Assembly (NCBI GenBank): GCA_963796275.1
Contig: CAWCKY010000006.1
Location: 1,920,001-1,984,000 of the forward strand
From: an uncultured Acidobacteriota bacterium
GTDB lineage: Bacteria > Acidobacteriota > Blastocatellia > RBC074
Direction: 5' to 3'
Length of the DNA stretch: 64,000 nucleotides
The notes under the pieces: generated by a model
The model's database searches: none
Seen by the model: only the letters and a program-made list of their open reading frames with translations
What the model was told of the DNA's origin: nothing
Program-made: the position numbers and the translations under genes
Shown here: piece by piece, positions 1 through 9,872 of the stretch
Position numbering within the stretch: the first letter of the stretch is position 1
Layout of the letters: every line of letters starts with the position of its first letter

Positions 1-2234
1 ACGGCCTGTGTGGGATCGAGCGCCGCAACTTCACGGCGCACGGCTGCCAGCATGGCGGAAGGATCGGTTGTCGTACGAACCGCGAAATGATTGACGAAAG
101 CGCTCGGCCATTGCGCGAAGGGCAAGTATAGATCGAAACGAATATCCTGCAATTCGCGGTAACGAACATCGCCCGCTATCCCGACGATCGTCAGCCAGGG
201 ATGTCTTTCCGCTCCTGTGCCGAGCATGAGGGCGAGCCGGAGACGCTTGCCTAGCGGATCGACGCCGGAGCCGAAAAGCGTCCTGGCCATCGTTTCGCTG
301 ATGATGATCGCTGGCGGCGTCCGGTCATTATCCTGGTCGGTAAATTCGCGTCCGGCTTTGATGGGGATTCCGAAAGTGCGGAAGTAATGGGGGGTGACGG
401 CTTCGAAGTTCGGCACGCGATTTTTTCGCGCTTCCGACTCCGATTGTCCTTCCACCATAAACGGCGTATCCCAGCCTACGGCGCCTTCCATCGGGCGGAT
501 CAACACCGCGCTCGCCGCCGCAACGCCCGGTTGCGCTTCGAGCCGTTCGATCAGTTGCCGATAAAACTCTCTGCGAGCCTCGGGCCTGCCATATCGGCTG
601 CCCTGAGCGCGCAGGTGCATGGTCAGTACGTTATGCGGATCGAAGCCAAGATTGACATTGCTGAGATTCACGAAGCTGCGCAGGATGAGAGTCGCACCAA
701 TGAGCAAGATGACGGTCACGGCGACTTCGGCTATCACCAGTGCGCTGCGCGTGCGCAAGCCGGAACGCTCGCTCGATATTTTGCTCGCGCCTTCGTTGAG
801 TGTTTGATTCAAATTGAGCCGTGAAACCGTCAGCGCGGGAACCAGCCCGAAGAGAATCCCAGTCAGAAGTGTGACTACGAGGCTGAAAAGCAACACGATC
901 ACATTCAAGCCTGCCCCTTCGATGCGAGGGACGTCCGCGGGCGCGGCTTGCGCGAGCAATTTGATCAGCCAGTATGCGAGCGGCACCCCGCCTGCGCCGC
1001 CACAGAACGCGAGGATTAAACTTTCGCTCAACAATTGGCGAACCAGCCTGAGACGACCGGCTCCGAGCGCCGCCCGGACCGCAAATTCCCGTCGCCGAGC
1101 CGACGCTCGCGCCAGCATCAGGTTGGCGATATTGGCCGTGGCGATGAGCAGTAGCAAACCCGTCGCAGCCAGCAACAGCCAAAGCGCCGGGCGAGCGTCG
1201 CCCAACAGATGCGTGGCGAGCGACGTGATAACCACGCGATGCCCGGAGGCTTCGGTCTGAGGATACTGCGCGGCGAGACGCGAGATGATGGTATTCAACT
1301 CGACTTCGGCCTGCGTGATCGTTACTCCAGGGCTGAGCCTGCCGACAACTTGTAGAAAGGAGGCGCCGCGACTTTCAGCAATGCGAGGCGCGGTCGTTGT
1401 TCTGATGGGCAGCCACAAATCCACGCCTTGGGGATATTCGAATATCGCGGGCATCACGCCTATGACCGTAAACGCCTCTTCGGTCAGCGTGATGCTTTGT
1501 CCGATGATGTTCGGGTCAGAGCTGAATCGTTCGCGCCAGATGCGGTCACTGAGGATGACGACCTTCGGACCATTCACCTGGTCGTCGCTCTCGTTAAAGA
1601 TGCGCCCATAGGCGGGTTGCACGCCGAGCAGGGAAAAGAAACTCCCGGTCACCTTCGCGCTTTCAAGCTGCACTGGCTCGCCCCTGCCTGTCAGGACATA
1701 ACCATAGCCATACACTGTGGTCGGCATGGCTGCCAAACCGGTAAAACTCCTGGATTGTCCTTGCCAGTCCCTGACCTCAGCCAGCGCCAGTTCCACAAAA
1801 GGGTTGTTGGATGTCGTGTCCTTTTTCCACAGCACTACCAGTTGCTCTTGCTGCGCGAAAGGTAAAGGGCGCAGCAGCACGGTATGTACGATGCTGAAGA
1901 TCGCAGTGCAGGCGCCAATGCCCAGCGCCAGCGCCAGCACTGCGATAAATGTGAAGCCTGGTTTTTTCCACAACATTCGCGCGCCGTAACGCAGATCCTG
2001 GCGCGATTCATCGACCCAGCGTAAGCCTCGCGCGTCCCGGCTTCGCTCCTTCGACTGCTCCATTCCGCCAAAAGCCTTACGTGCGGCGTCGTGCGCCTCC
2101 TCCGGCCTCATTCCCAGCCGGATGTTCTGATCGGTTTGTTGCTCGACGTGGTAGCGCAATTCCTCGTCCAGCTCACGCTCGGCTCGCGACCTGTGCGCCA
2201 GGGCTCGCAGCGCTGACTTCAATCTGTTCAGCAT
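1..2234 (-). CDS. ABC-type permease, acidobacterial duplicated orphan permease (MacB/FtsX-like); 3' end lies outside the window
   Basis: Manual minus-strand translation from ATG 2234 (RBS AGGAG at 2241-2245): MLNRLKSALRAL..ERELDEELRYH..QDLRYGARMLWKKPGFTFIAVLALALGIGACTAIFS, the typical ADOP N-terminus. Absent from the ORF track, presumably because it runs off the window; not every codon was checked. Confidence 0.9.
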   Translation of the reverse strand, partial: MLNRLKSALRALAHRSRAERELDEELRYHVEQQTDQNIRLGMRPEEAHDAARKAFGGMEQSKERSRDARGLRWVDESRQDLRYGARMLWKKPGFTFIAVLALALGIGACTAIFSIVHTVLLRPLPFAQQEQLVVLWKKDTTSNNPFVELALAEVRDWQGQSRSFTGLAAMPTTVYGYGYVLTGRGEPVQLESAKVTGSFFSLLGVQPAYGRIFNESDDQVNGPKVVILSDRIWRERFSSDPNIIGQSITLTEEAFTVIGVMPAIFEYPQGVDLWLPIRTTTAPRIAESRGASFLQVVGRLSPGVTITQAEVELNTIISRLAAQYPQTEASGHRVVITSLATHLLGDARPALWLLLAATGLLLLIATANIANLMLARASARRREFAVRAALGAGRLRLVRQLLSESLILAFCGGAGGVPLAYWLIKLLAQAAPADVPRIEGAGLNVIVLLFSLVVTLLTGILFGLVPALTVSRLNLNQTLNEGASKISSERSGLRTRSALVIAEVAVTVILLIGATLILRSFVNLSNVNLGFDPHNVLTMHLRAQGSRYGRPEARREFYRQLIERLEAQPGVAAASAVLIRPMEGAVGWDTPFMVEGQSESEARKNRVPNFEAVTPHYFRTFGIPIKAGREFTDQDNDRTPPAIIISETMARTLFGSGVDPLGKRLRLALMLGTGAERHPWLTIVGIAGDVRYRELQDIRFDLYLPFAQWPSAFVNHFAVRTTTDPSAMLAAVRREVAALDPTQA

Positions 2235-2250
2235 TCATGTCTCCTCAGAA

Positions 2251-2406
2251 AATCGCTTGGAGTTCCGCGTTTACGCGGTCTTCTCTTTTCGCATGCAATT
2301 TTCTGACCGCCTGAAGGCGGAACTCCAAACCAATCGCTTGGAGTTCCGCGTTTACGCGGTCGTTTCTTTCGGATGGTTTCCAACCGCCTGAAGGCGGAAC
2401 TCCAAC
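2251..2406. repeat. Tandem REP/REPIN-like doublet
   Basis: Two ~80-bp units AATCGCTTGGAGTTCCGCGTTTACGCGG..CCGCCTGAAGGCGGAACTCCAA; each unit is an imperfect inverted repeat with internally palindromic arms. Confidence 0.8.
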
Positions 2407-2762
2407 GAGTAAAACTCCCAACACACCTTCATCCAGCCAAATGAACGACTCCTCTCGCTTCTCGATAGGCCGGAGAGTATAGGCTTACCAATCGGGTGTC
2501 AATAGGTGTACGGGGTGGAAACCTGAAACTCGCTCTTTTCCGGGCTCATACTTGAGACAAGCATCGCGCCACCTCTTTAATGATGCTCAAACGGCATCTC
2601 TTTTCGAGCACCCAGAGAAAAAAAGCAGCAATCATCGGAAAGACCGTTCTGTCGCATCTTGATTATCATTCCAAAAGCTAAGCGCGTGATCGCACAGAAA
2701 CGAAAAGAGGTGGCGGTCCGAGAGCGGAGAAGCGATCGAAGCAGAGAATGAAGAGGTACGAG

Positions 2763-3374
2763 ATGAAGCTCACTGATTTTGGATGGCAACAGCAGGAGAT
2801 GATCTTTCTGCGTGACGGTACGCCCATCCGGCTCCGGCCCATTCTCTCCCGAGACAAGCCGGAGGTCCTCCGGGCATTTGAGCGTCTCTCGATGCAGTCA
2901 CGATATCAACGCTTCTTCAGCTATTTGAGGGAGTTGAGCCCGTCACTGCTCGACTATCTGACCGATCTCAATTACGTCGATCATTTTGCGTATGGAGCAT
3001 TCGATATCGCTCAACCGGAACCGAAGCTGATCGGCGTCGCGCGTTATATCCGCCTGAAAGCTGAACCGCACTCTGCCGAGGCCGCCATCGCTGTCATAGA
3101 TGATTACCAACGTCGCGGTCTTGGCAAACAACTCTTATGCGCGCTGGCTGGCGCCGCGATCGGCAATGGCATCAGTCGCTTTCTGGGAAATGCGCTATGG
3201 GAGAATCGCCCGATGCTGGGTCTACTGCACCAGGCGAAAGCGCAGATAATTCCCGAAGGGTCGGGCGTATTGCGCTTCGTGGTCGACCTTTCCGTGATAT
3301 CGGAGAGAATTAATGCGCCAGACGGCTTCTTTGAATCCCTGCTTGAAACAATACCTGCCATTGCAGGAGAGTGA
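2763..3374 (+). CDS. GNAT family N-acetyltransferase (Pat-like standalone GNAT domain)
   Basis: LRDGTPIRLRPI, RLS.QSRYQRFF, IGVARY, AVIDDYQRRGLG acetyl-CoA motif. Confidence 0.85.
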   Translation: MKLTDFGWQQQEMIFLRDGTPIRLRPILSRDKPEVLRAFERLSMQSRYQRFFSYLRELSPSLLDYLTDLNYVDHFAYGAFDIAQPEPKLIGVARYIRLKAEPHSAEAAIAVIDDYQRRGLGKQLLCALAGAAIGNGISRFLGNALWENRPMLGLLHQAKAQIIPEGSGVLRFVVDLSVISERINAPDGFFESLLETIPAIAGE

Positions 3375-3383
3375 ACGCCATAT

Positions 3384-3437
3384 GTCCGACCAGTGAAGCA
3401 AAATCTCTGTTACTTCGGGGGAAAATCCGAGTGCCAT
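3384..3437 (-). pseudogene. Possible N-terminal remnant of an ECF sigma factor
   Basis: MALGFSPEVTEILLHWSD resembles the 'EVT.LL..WS.GD' start of Planctomycete/Acidobacteria ECF sigma factors; similarity ends abruptly. Confidence 0.3.
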
Positions 3438-3890
3438 ACGAACTCTCGCAATTATAGATCCCCTCATTTTCCCATCAATTGTGAATTCGTGGCGCAAGCC
3501 AACTGTTCTACCGCGGAACGTTGACGACTGAGTCATTCCTTGCTTTGTAGTAGATTCTTTCGTGTAGGATCAGATCATGCTACATTGTATATACACTAAG
3601 CCGCAGATGAATTATTGAACTCGGATTTTTCAACGGTTCTTAACTAGGGGCCTATTCCAACGAAAAATCATAGAGCATGCGATTGTACAGCCGCTTTCGC
3701 ACATCAGGCAGCGACGCTGGGGAATAAAAGTCCTTCGATATTTTTTAGATGCTGATGGGGCAAGAGATGCTGATGGGGAAGCCCGTGGCGTCTTTTCGAT
3801 TCATTCCGCAATGGAGTGTTGCTCAGATTCAGATAGCTAAATGACGAATAGAAAATAGAAATACGATACGGAGATATTACGGAGGTAATT

Positions 3891-6800
3891 ATGAAGAGAT
3901 GCAATCTCACTCTAGCCACTGTCCTTTTTTCGCTTATGCTGTTGGGCATCGCGATCATTTTCACTGCGCAGTCGATCTCGGCACAGGCCGTGAGCGGGAC
4001 GATCCTGGGGACGGTGAAAGACCCGAGCGGCGATGCGGTGGCCGGCGCAAAAGTCACGCTTAATCACACCGCGACAGGGTTCGTGCGAACGGTCGTCAGC
4101 GATGCCACCGGCGAATACATAGCTCCTTCGCTGCCGTCGGGCGCTTATACTATCTCAGCCGAGGCGAACGGCTTCAGAAAGCTCATCATGTCGAACGTGC
4201 GGCTCGATGTGGATCAGAAAGCGCGCGTAGATTTGAATTTGCAGCTTGGTGCAACCAGCGAGGAGGTCACGGTTGCGGGCGGGGCGGCGCTTGTCCAGGC
4301 CGAATCCTCGGACCTCAGCGGCACTGTCAGTGAGGCACAGATCAGGAACCTGCCGCTCAACGGCCGCGACTTCGTGCAGCTGACCCGCATCATTCCGGGC
4401 GTCCTGCGCGGCATTCCCGGCGCCAACATCGACGGCGCGGGCAGTCTGGCCTGGCGCGCGTCGGCGTCGTTTTCGGCTAACGGCATGCGGACACGCGATA
4501 ACAACTTCCTGCTCGACGGCGTAGACAACAACGAGACCTGGCTTAACTCTGTGGTTATTTTTCCCAGCGTCGATGCGCTCGAAGAGTTCAAGGTCCAGAC
4601 CAGCACCTACTCCGCCGAGTTCGGCCGGTCGAGCGGCGGCGTGGTCAATATCCAGATCAAATCCGGCGCCAACGATTTCCACGGCAACGCCTTCGAATTT
4701 CTGCGCAACGATAAGCTGGATGCCAACGACTTCTTCAATAACGCAAAAGGGGCCTCCAGGCCGCCCTTCAAACAGAACCAATTCGGCGCCACGTTCGGCG
4801 GGCGCATCATCCGAGACAAGACATTCTTCTTCATGGACTATCAGGGAGGCCGCATCCGCGACTCCAAGACCTATCTCTCGACTGTGCCGACCCAGAAGAT
4901 GCGGAACGGAGATTTTTCGGAACTATTGCGGGATATCAACGGAGATGGAGAACTGGACGGAAATATCTACGATCCGCTCACCGGCCTGCCTTTCGACGGC
5001 AACGTCATTCCGGCAGGCAGTATCGATCCGGCGGCACGGAACATCATCGACCAACTCTATCCCGAACCGAATGTCGCTGGACAACTATCCCCGACGGGGA
5101 GCGGGCAGATCATTAACAACTTCCTTTACAACCCCGTCCTCAAACGCCAGGACGATCAGTTCGACGTCAAGCTCGATCATTATCTCTCGCAGAAAAATCA
5201 CCTCTTCGGGCGTTACAGCTTTCAGCGAACCGACCGCTTTCTGCCCGCGACACTGCCGCATGGAGACTCGGGAACGACGTTCGGGGCAGGGAACGGGCTC
5301 ATCCGCGGTCAGAGCTTCGCCTTCAATGACATTCATACCTTCAGTCCGAAGTGGCTTAACGAGTTTCGCTTGGGCATCAGCCGCATCTCCTTCAAGGTGA
5401 CTTCGATCGATGCCGACACCAATCTGGCGGAACAGGTTGGCATCCCCGGAGTAAATATCAACGATACGGCGACGGCCATGTCTCAAATTCAGTTTTCGAG
5501 AAACGATTTGAACAGTGATATTCGGAACCTGGGCGCCAATTCGAATCAACCGCTGCTGACGTTTCTCGATACCTTCCAGCTCTTCGATAACGTGACCAAC
5601 ACGAGCGGGCGCCATACACTGAAGATGGGATTCAACTACACACGCCGCCGCCGCAATGTGCTCAATGTCGACAACATCGTCGGCAATTTCACTTTCAGGC
5701 CGGAGATGACCTCCGACTGCGCCGGCGGATTTAATCCCCTGTGCGACGGCGTTGGTGGGTTCTCCGTCGCCTCCTTCATGCTTGGTTATGCGAGCACCGT
5801 CAATCGCCAGTTGATGCAGGGCACCTTCGGCGAACGCCGGCCAGAATATGGAGCTTACATTCAGGATGATTTTCGCGTCTCGGACAAACTGACGCTCAAC
5901 CTCGGATTGCGTTACGACCTCTTCGTACCGTTTGTCGAGGTCTACGACCGGCAATCGAACTTCGATATCAGCACCGGCAGGTTCGTCGTAGCTTCAGAAG
6001 ACGCAGTCATCGACGGGCAGGAGGTCGGGCGGTACCTGCAGGTTGTCCCCAAAAAGGATTTCGCTCCGCGCTTCGGCTTCGCGTATGACGTCTTCGGGAA
6101 GGGGCGGACGATTTTGCGCGGCGGCTACGGCATCTTCTGGAACAATCCGCTGACCGGCACCTCGTCCGCCAAGCCGATCAATCCACCCTTCCTGCTTGCG
6201 CAATCGTTTGCCGAGAATCTTAAGCCTTTGTTCCGTTTAAGCAACGGTCTGCCGCCTCCGCCGGCACTCGATATCAATCGCCCGCCCTCGGGTGCGACGC
6301 GGTCTATCTTCGATCCCGATTTCCGGGACGGTTATGCGCAGCAGTGGAACCTGAACATCCAACAACAACTGAAGAGCGACTACGTGCTGGAGGTTTCTTA
6401 TGTCGGATCGAAGGGGACACACCTGGTCGTCAAACGCGACATCAACCAGGCGCCGCCCGTGGTTGGTGTGAGGGATCAAAACATCAATCGTCCATTCCCG
6501 GCGCTGCTCAGCCTGTCGCGTGTAGAGAGCAGCGGTAGTTCGAGCCACCACGCCCTGCTGACGAAATTCTCCAAGCGCTTCGGAAACGGCCTGCAGTTCG
6601 TCAATGCATATACCTTCGGCAAGACGATCGATACCGTCTCAGATACCGAGGGAACAGTGCAGAACGCCTATAATTTCGCGCGCGACCGCGCGGTCTCGGA
6701 CTTCGATGTCACGCACACCCTTACTACCAGCTGGAGCTATGACCTGCCTTTCGGCAAGGGCCGCGCGTTCGCCAGTAATCTGGGGAACGTGGCCGACAAA

Positions 6801-7253
6801 TTTATCGGCGGATGGCAACTGAGCGGGATTCTGCTCGTGCGCAGCGGATTGCCATTCACCGTCAATCAGCAGCAGAACGTGCTATCGACCGGCACTGCGA
6901 ATCGCCCGAATCGGATCGGATCTGGCGAACTGGATAATCCGTCGATCGAGCGATGGTTCGATATTTCTGCCTTCGATCAGACGCCGGATACTACGGGCAC
7001 CTATGGGAACTCCGGACGCAATATTCTGCGTGCGCCCGGGCAGACCAACCTCGACCTCTCGCTCGTCAAGGTGACGAGATTCCGCGAGCGCTTCGAGTAC
7101 CAGTTCAAGGTCGAGTTCTTCAACGCTCTCAATCAACCGCAATTCGCCGCGCCAGGCAACAATATTCGTTCGTCGAATGCGGGCGTGATCTCTTCCTTGC
7201 TCTTCAACAACCCGATGCGACAGATTCAATTGGCGATGAAGCTGAGCTTTTGA
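3891..7253 (+). CDS. TonB-dependent receptor, Oar type, with carboxypeptidase regulatory-like N-domain
   Basis: Signal peptide, GTILGTVKDPSG, LPLNGRDFVQL, NNFLLDGVDNNE, C-terminal RQIQLAMKLSF. Confidence 0.95.
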   Translation: MKRCNLTLATVLFSLMLLGIAIIFTAQSISAQAVSGTILGTVKDPSGDAVAGAKVTLNHTATGFVRTVVSDATGEYIAPSLPSGAYTISAEANGFRKLIMSNVRLDVDQKARVDLNLQLGATSEEVTVAGGAALVQAESSDLSGTVSEAQIRNLPLNGRDFVQLTRIIPGVLRGIPGANIDGAGSLAWRASASFSANGMRTRDNNFLLDGVDNNETWLNSVVIFPSVDALEEFKVQTSTYSAEFGRSSGGVVNIQIKSGANDFHGNAFEFLRNDKLDANDFFNNAKGASRPPFKQNQFGATFGGRIIRDKTFFFMDYQGGRIRDSKTYLSTVPTQKMRNGDFSELLRDINGDGELDGNIYDPLTGLPFDGNVIPAGSIDPAARNIIDQLYPEPNVAGQLSPTGSGQIINNFLYNPVLKRQDDQFDVKLDHYLSQKNHLFGRYSFQRTDRFLPATLPHGDSGTTFGAGNGLIRGQSFAFNDIHTFSPKWLNEFRLGISRISFKVTSIDADTNLAEQVGIPGVNINDTATAMSQIQFSRNDLNSDIRNLGANSNQPLLTFLDTFQLFDNVTNTSGRHTLKMGFNYTRRRRNVLNVDNIVGNFTFRPEMTSDCAGGFNPLCDGVGGFSVASFMLGYASTVNRQLMQGTFGERRPEYGAYIQDDFRVSDKLTLNLGLRYDLFVPFVEVYDRQSNFDISTGRFVVASEDAVIDGQEVGRYLQVVPKKDFAPRFGFAYDVFGKGRTILRGGYGIFWNNPLTGTSSAKPINPPFLLAQSFAENLKPLFRLSNGLPPPPALDINRPPSGATRSIFDPDFRDGYAQQWNLNIQQQLKSDYVLEVSYVGSKGTHLVVKRDINQAPPVVGVRDQNINRPFPALLSLSRVESSGSSSHHALLTKFSKRFGNGLQFVNAYTFGKTIDTVSDTEGTVQNAYNFARDRAVSDFDVTHTLTTSWSYDLPFGKGRAFASNLGNVADKFIGGWQLSGILLVRSGLPFTVNQQQNVLSTGTANRPNRIGSGELDNPSIERWFDISAFDQTPDTTGTYGNSGRNILRAPGQTNLDLSLVKVTRFRERFEYQFKVEFFNALNQPQFAAPGNNIRSSNAGVISSLLFNNPMRQIQLAMKLSF

Positions 7254-7304
7254 TTGATAACTCATATCCGTTATTCCGAAACGCCTGACATTGGACATCG
7301 GAAT

Positions 7305-7382
7305 TCACCACGGAACGGCACGTATGCGACGGATCACTACAGGTGGTAAATATCCGTCGCATCCGTGTCGATTCGTGATGGA
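7305..7382. repeat. Extragenic inverted repeat (REP-like hairpin or terminator)
   Basis: CACGTATGCGACGGAT..ATCCGTCGCATCCGTG arms downstream of the receptor gene. Confidence 0.55.
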
Positions 7383-7516
7383 TATCTATCTGAAAATCAC
7401 TTTTCCAGACGGCTTCTTTGAATCTCCGCCCGCAACGATACCCGCCATCTGCCGTCGAAAATCCTTTTGACAAGCCACCTTCCGTCTATTATTCTGTGAC
7501 ACGGAGAAAATAACGA

Positions 7517-8005
7517 ATGATCGACGGTATTGATACTCGAATTCTGAATATCATGCAGAAAGATGCCAGAATAACGAATGCCGAGATTGCAAGGCAGGTC
7601 GGTCTCGCTCCGTCCGCTGTATTGGAGCGTGTGCGAAAGCTTGAGGAGAGCGGAGTCATACGCGGGTACGCGACGGAGGTAGATGCGGCGCAGGTTGGGT
7701 ATGGTTTAACGGCGTTTGTGTTTGTGCGAACAATCAGTTGCGGGACGATCGATGGCGTTCTGGCGGCGATTCCCGAAGTTTTGGAAGTTCACGATGTGGC
7801 CGGGGAAGACTGCTATTTGCTTAAAGTCCGCGCGAAAGATACGGAAGAACTCGGGAAACTGCTCCGCGATAAATTGAAGCCGATACCGGAGATTATATCG
7901 ACACGAACGACCGTGGTGTTACAGACGATCAAGGAGACGATCGCTCTGCCGATCGCGGAGATCGAAAAAACGGAAATAGCAAAACACGTCCGCAAAAATA
8001 AATAA
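7517..8005 (+). CDS. Lrp/AsnC family transcriptional regulator
   Basis: IL..MQKDARITNAEIARQVGLAPSAVLERVRKLEE HTH; EVHDVAGEDCYLLKV RAM domain. Confidence 0.95.
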   Translation: MIDGIDTRILNIMQKDARITNAEIARQVGLAPSAVLERVRKLEESGVIRGYATEVDAAQVGYGLTAFVFVRTISCGTIDGVLAAIPEVLEVHDVAGEDCYLLKVRAKDTEELGKLLRDKLKPIPEIISTRTTVVLQTIKETIALPIAEIEKTEIAKHVRKNK

Positions 8006-8127
8006 ATGAAGGCTGTGCAATAACAACCGAGGTTGATTGGCACATCCTCTCAATAAATATGACTCGCAGATCGATTCAAGATATTTAAAGCTATTGAATG
8101 ATCGATGAGTCGAGCAGGAGAAGAGAG

Positions 8128-9126
8128 ATGAAGAATAATGGGATCGAAAAAATCGATCCGAAGCGGAGTATTGTTCTATTTATTGCGGCCTTTGCAGCTG
8201 TATACATCCTCTGGGGATCGACCTATCTTGCCATCAAATACGTAATTGAAACCTTGCCGGCATTTATCAGCACAGGGACGCGTTTTTTAACCGCGGGCAC
8301 TGTGCTTTTCTTGACGGGGCGATTAGCCAAGAACTATGAAAGACCTACCCTCACGCATTGGCGGGCGAGTTTCGTAGTCGGAACGCTCTTGTTTTTATGT
8401 GGTACCGGCGGAGTTGTCGTGGCTGAGCATTACATCACGTCGAGTCTGGCGGCTTTACTTGTCGCAACGGAGCCGTTTTGGATTGTGATCTTGAGCTGGC
8501 TCTGGCTCAAAGGGCCGCGTCCGAACCTGAAGGTCGCACTGGGTCTTTTCATCGGTTTCGTCGGCGTTTATTTATTGATCGGCGGCACCGGTGCCGGCCA
8601 TACCGGGCATGGTACTAATCAGCTTTTCGGCACTGTTCTGATTATCGCGGCAGCATTCTGTTGGGCAGCCGGTTCTATTTACGGCGTGCGCGCTCCTGTA
8701 CCGAAATCACCGATTCTGGCGGCGGGTATGCAAATGATTGCTGGCGGTTCCATGTTACTGATATTCGGAACGGTGAGAGGTGAGTGGACCGATTTTGATA
8801 TTGCCGCCGTCTCACGCTCTTCCTGGCTCGGGCTCGCATATTTACTGATATTCGGTTCGCTTATCGCCTTTACGGCATACAGCTGGCTGCTCAAAAATAC
8901 GCACCCGGCGCTGGTCGCCACCTATGCTTATGTCAATCCGGTAGTTGCGGTGATATTGGGTTGGGCGGTAGCCGGCGAATCATTCTCCGCACAGATGTCA
9001 CTCGGCGCGGGAGTGATTGTCGGTTCGGTTGTGCTGATCACATCGCAGTCCTCGCAAGCGATTGTAGACGAGAAGATCGACCGAATTGATAGCCCTGCTG
9101 AAAACTGCCCCTCATACACGGCATAA
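8128..9126 (+). CDS. EamA/DMT family transporter (YedA-like)
   Basis: VYILWGSTYLAI, about 10 TM helices, TYAYVNPVVAVILG. Confidence 0.93.
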   Translation: MKNNGIEKIDPKRSIVLFIAAFAAVYILWGSTYLAIKYVIETLPAFISTGTRFLTAGTVLFLTGRLAKNYERPTLTHWRASFVVGTLLFLCGTGGVVVAEHYITSSLAALLVATEPFWIVILSWLWLKGPRPNLKVALGLFIGFVGVYLLIGGTGAGHTGHGTNQLFGTVLIIAAAFCWAAGSIYGVRAPVPKSPILAAGMQMIAGGSMLLIFGTVRGEWTDFDIAAVSRSSWLGLAYLLIFGSLIAFTAYSWLLKNTHPALVATYAYVNPVVAVILGWAVAGESFSAQMSLGAGVIVGSVVLITSQSSQAIVDEKIDRIDSPAENCPSYTA

Positions 9127-9165
9127 TCTAATTAGTTTGTAAGGCCGAACATTGCTTGCGCGCAC

Positions 9166-9570
9166 CTAATTTCGCAACGGAAGGATGGCGCGCAAGCGAT
9201 TGTCGCGCAGGTAATACCCTCCCCAGAGCAACACGCCGATAATGACGGGAAAGATGATTGAGAACAACGGGCTGCCGGTGCGCACGTGGGTCGCGACTGC
9301 GCCCCCGAGATAACCCGTCAGCAGGATCGCGCCGATAAAGGCCGTCCGGGGGATCGCGTAAATTACCGTGCTGGCGAGCAGGACGATCCCAAGGCCGACA
9401 ATGACGCTCTCTGGATATCCGAGTTGTACAGTGGTGGTCACAACCACGGGTGGTTTTATTAATTTTAGGATGCCGTCCATGAGCAGAAACAGTACAGGAA
9501 GCGCGCTGATGATGCGTCCTGTCCAAAGTCTCGCCGGCGAGACCCCTGAATGCTGAATGCCTGATTGCAT
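9166..9570 (-). CDS. DoxX family membrane protein
   Basis: YAIPRTAFIGAILLTGYLGGAVATHVR motif. Confidence 0.9.
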   Translation of the reverse strand: MQSGIQHSGVSPARLWTGRIISALPVLFLLMDGILKLIKPPVVVTTTVQLGYPESVIVGLGIVLLASTVIYAIPRTAFIGAILLTGYLGGAVATHVRTGSPLFSIIFPVIIGVLLWGGYYLRDNRLRAILPLRN

Positions 9571-9662
9571 GTTTTCCTTCCCTTAAAAAGTATATATGCT
9601 CCGCTAGACTTCGGAGTCAAATTCGGATACCGATTTACCGGAGACAGTGAAATATGCCTGAA

Positions 9663-9869
9663 CTATTTCCGGTTTGTGTTTATGCTTCTTCCGGAGGCGC
9701 CCTTGAGAGCCATCTCGCGCAACAGGCGGCGGTGAATCTTGCCTGTGGGACCGAGCGGGAGCTCCTGCTTGAAGTAGATCGAATCGGGTATCTTCCAATC
9801 GGCCAGCCGTTCGAGAAGAATTCCCGTAGATCGTCGACAGTTGCGGCTGCGCCTGCCTTGAGAAGGCAA
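9663..9869 (-). pseudogene. C-terminal remnant of an acyl-CoA synthetase (AMP-binding_C)
   Basis: LKAGAAATVDDLREF / LERLADWKIPDSIYFKQELPLGPTGKIHRRLLRE in two frames; contains the LP.GPTGK motif; no upstream body. Confidence 0.7.
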
Positions 9870-9872
9870 ATC

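Noticed and set aside
387-2314. Plus-strand ORFs in the ORF track
   Set aside because: Antisense shadows of the permease gene.
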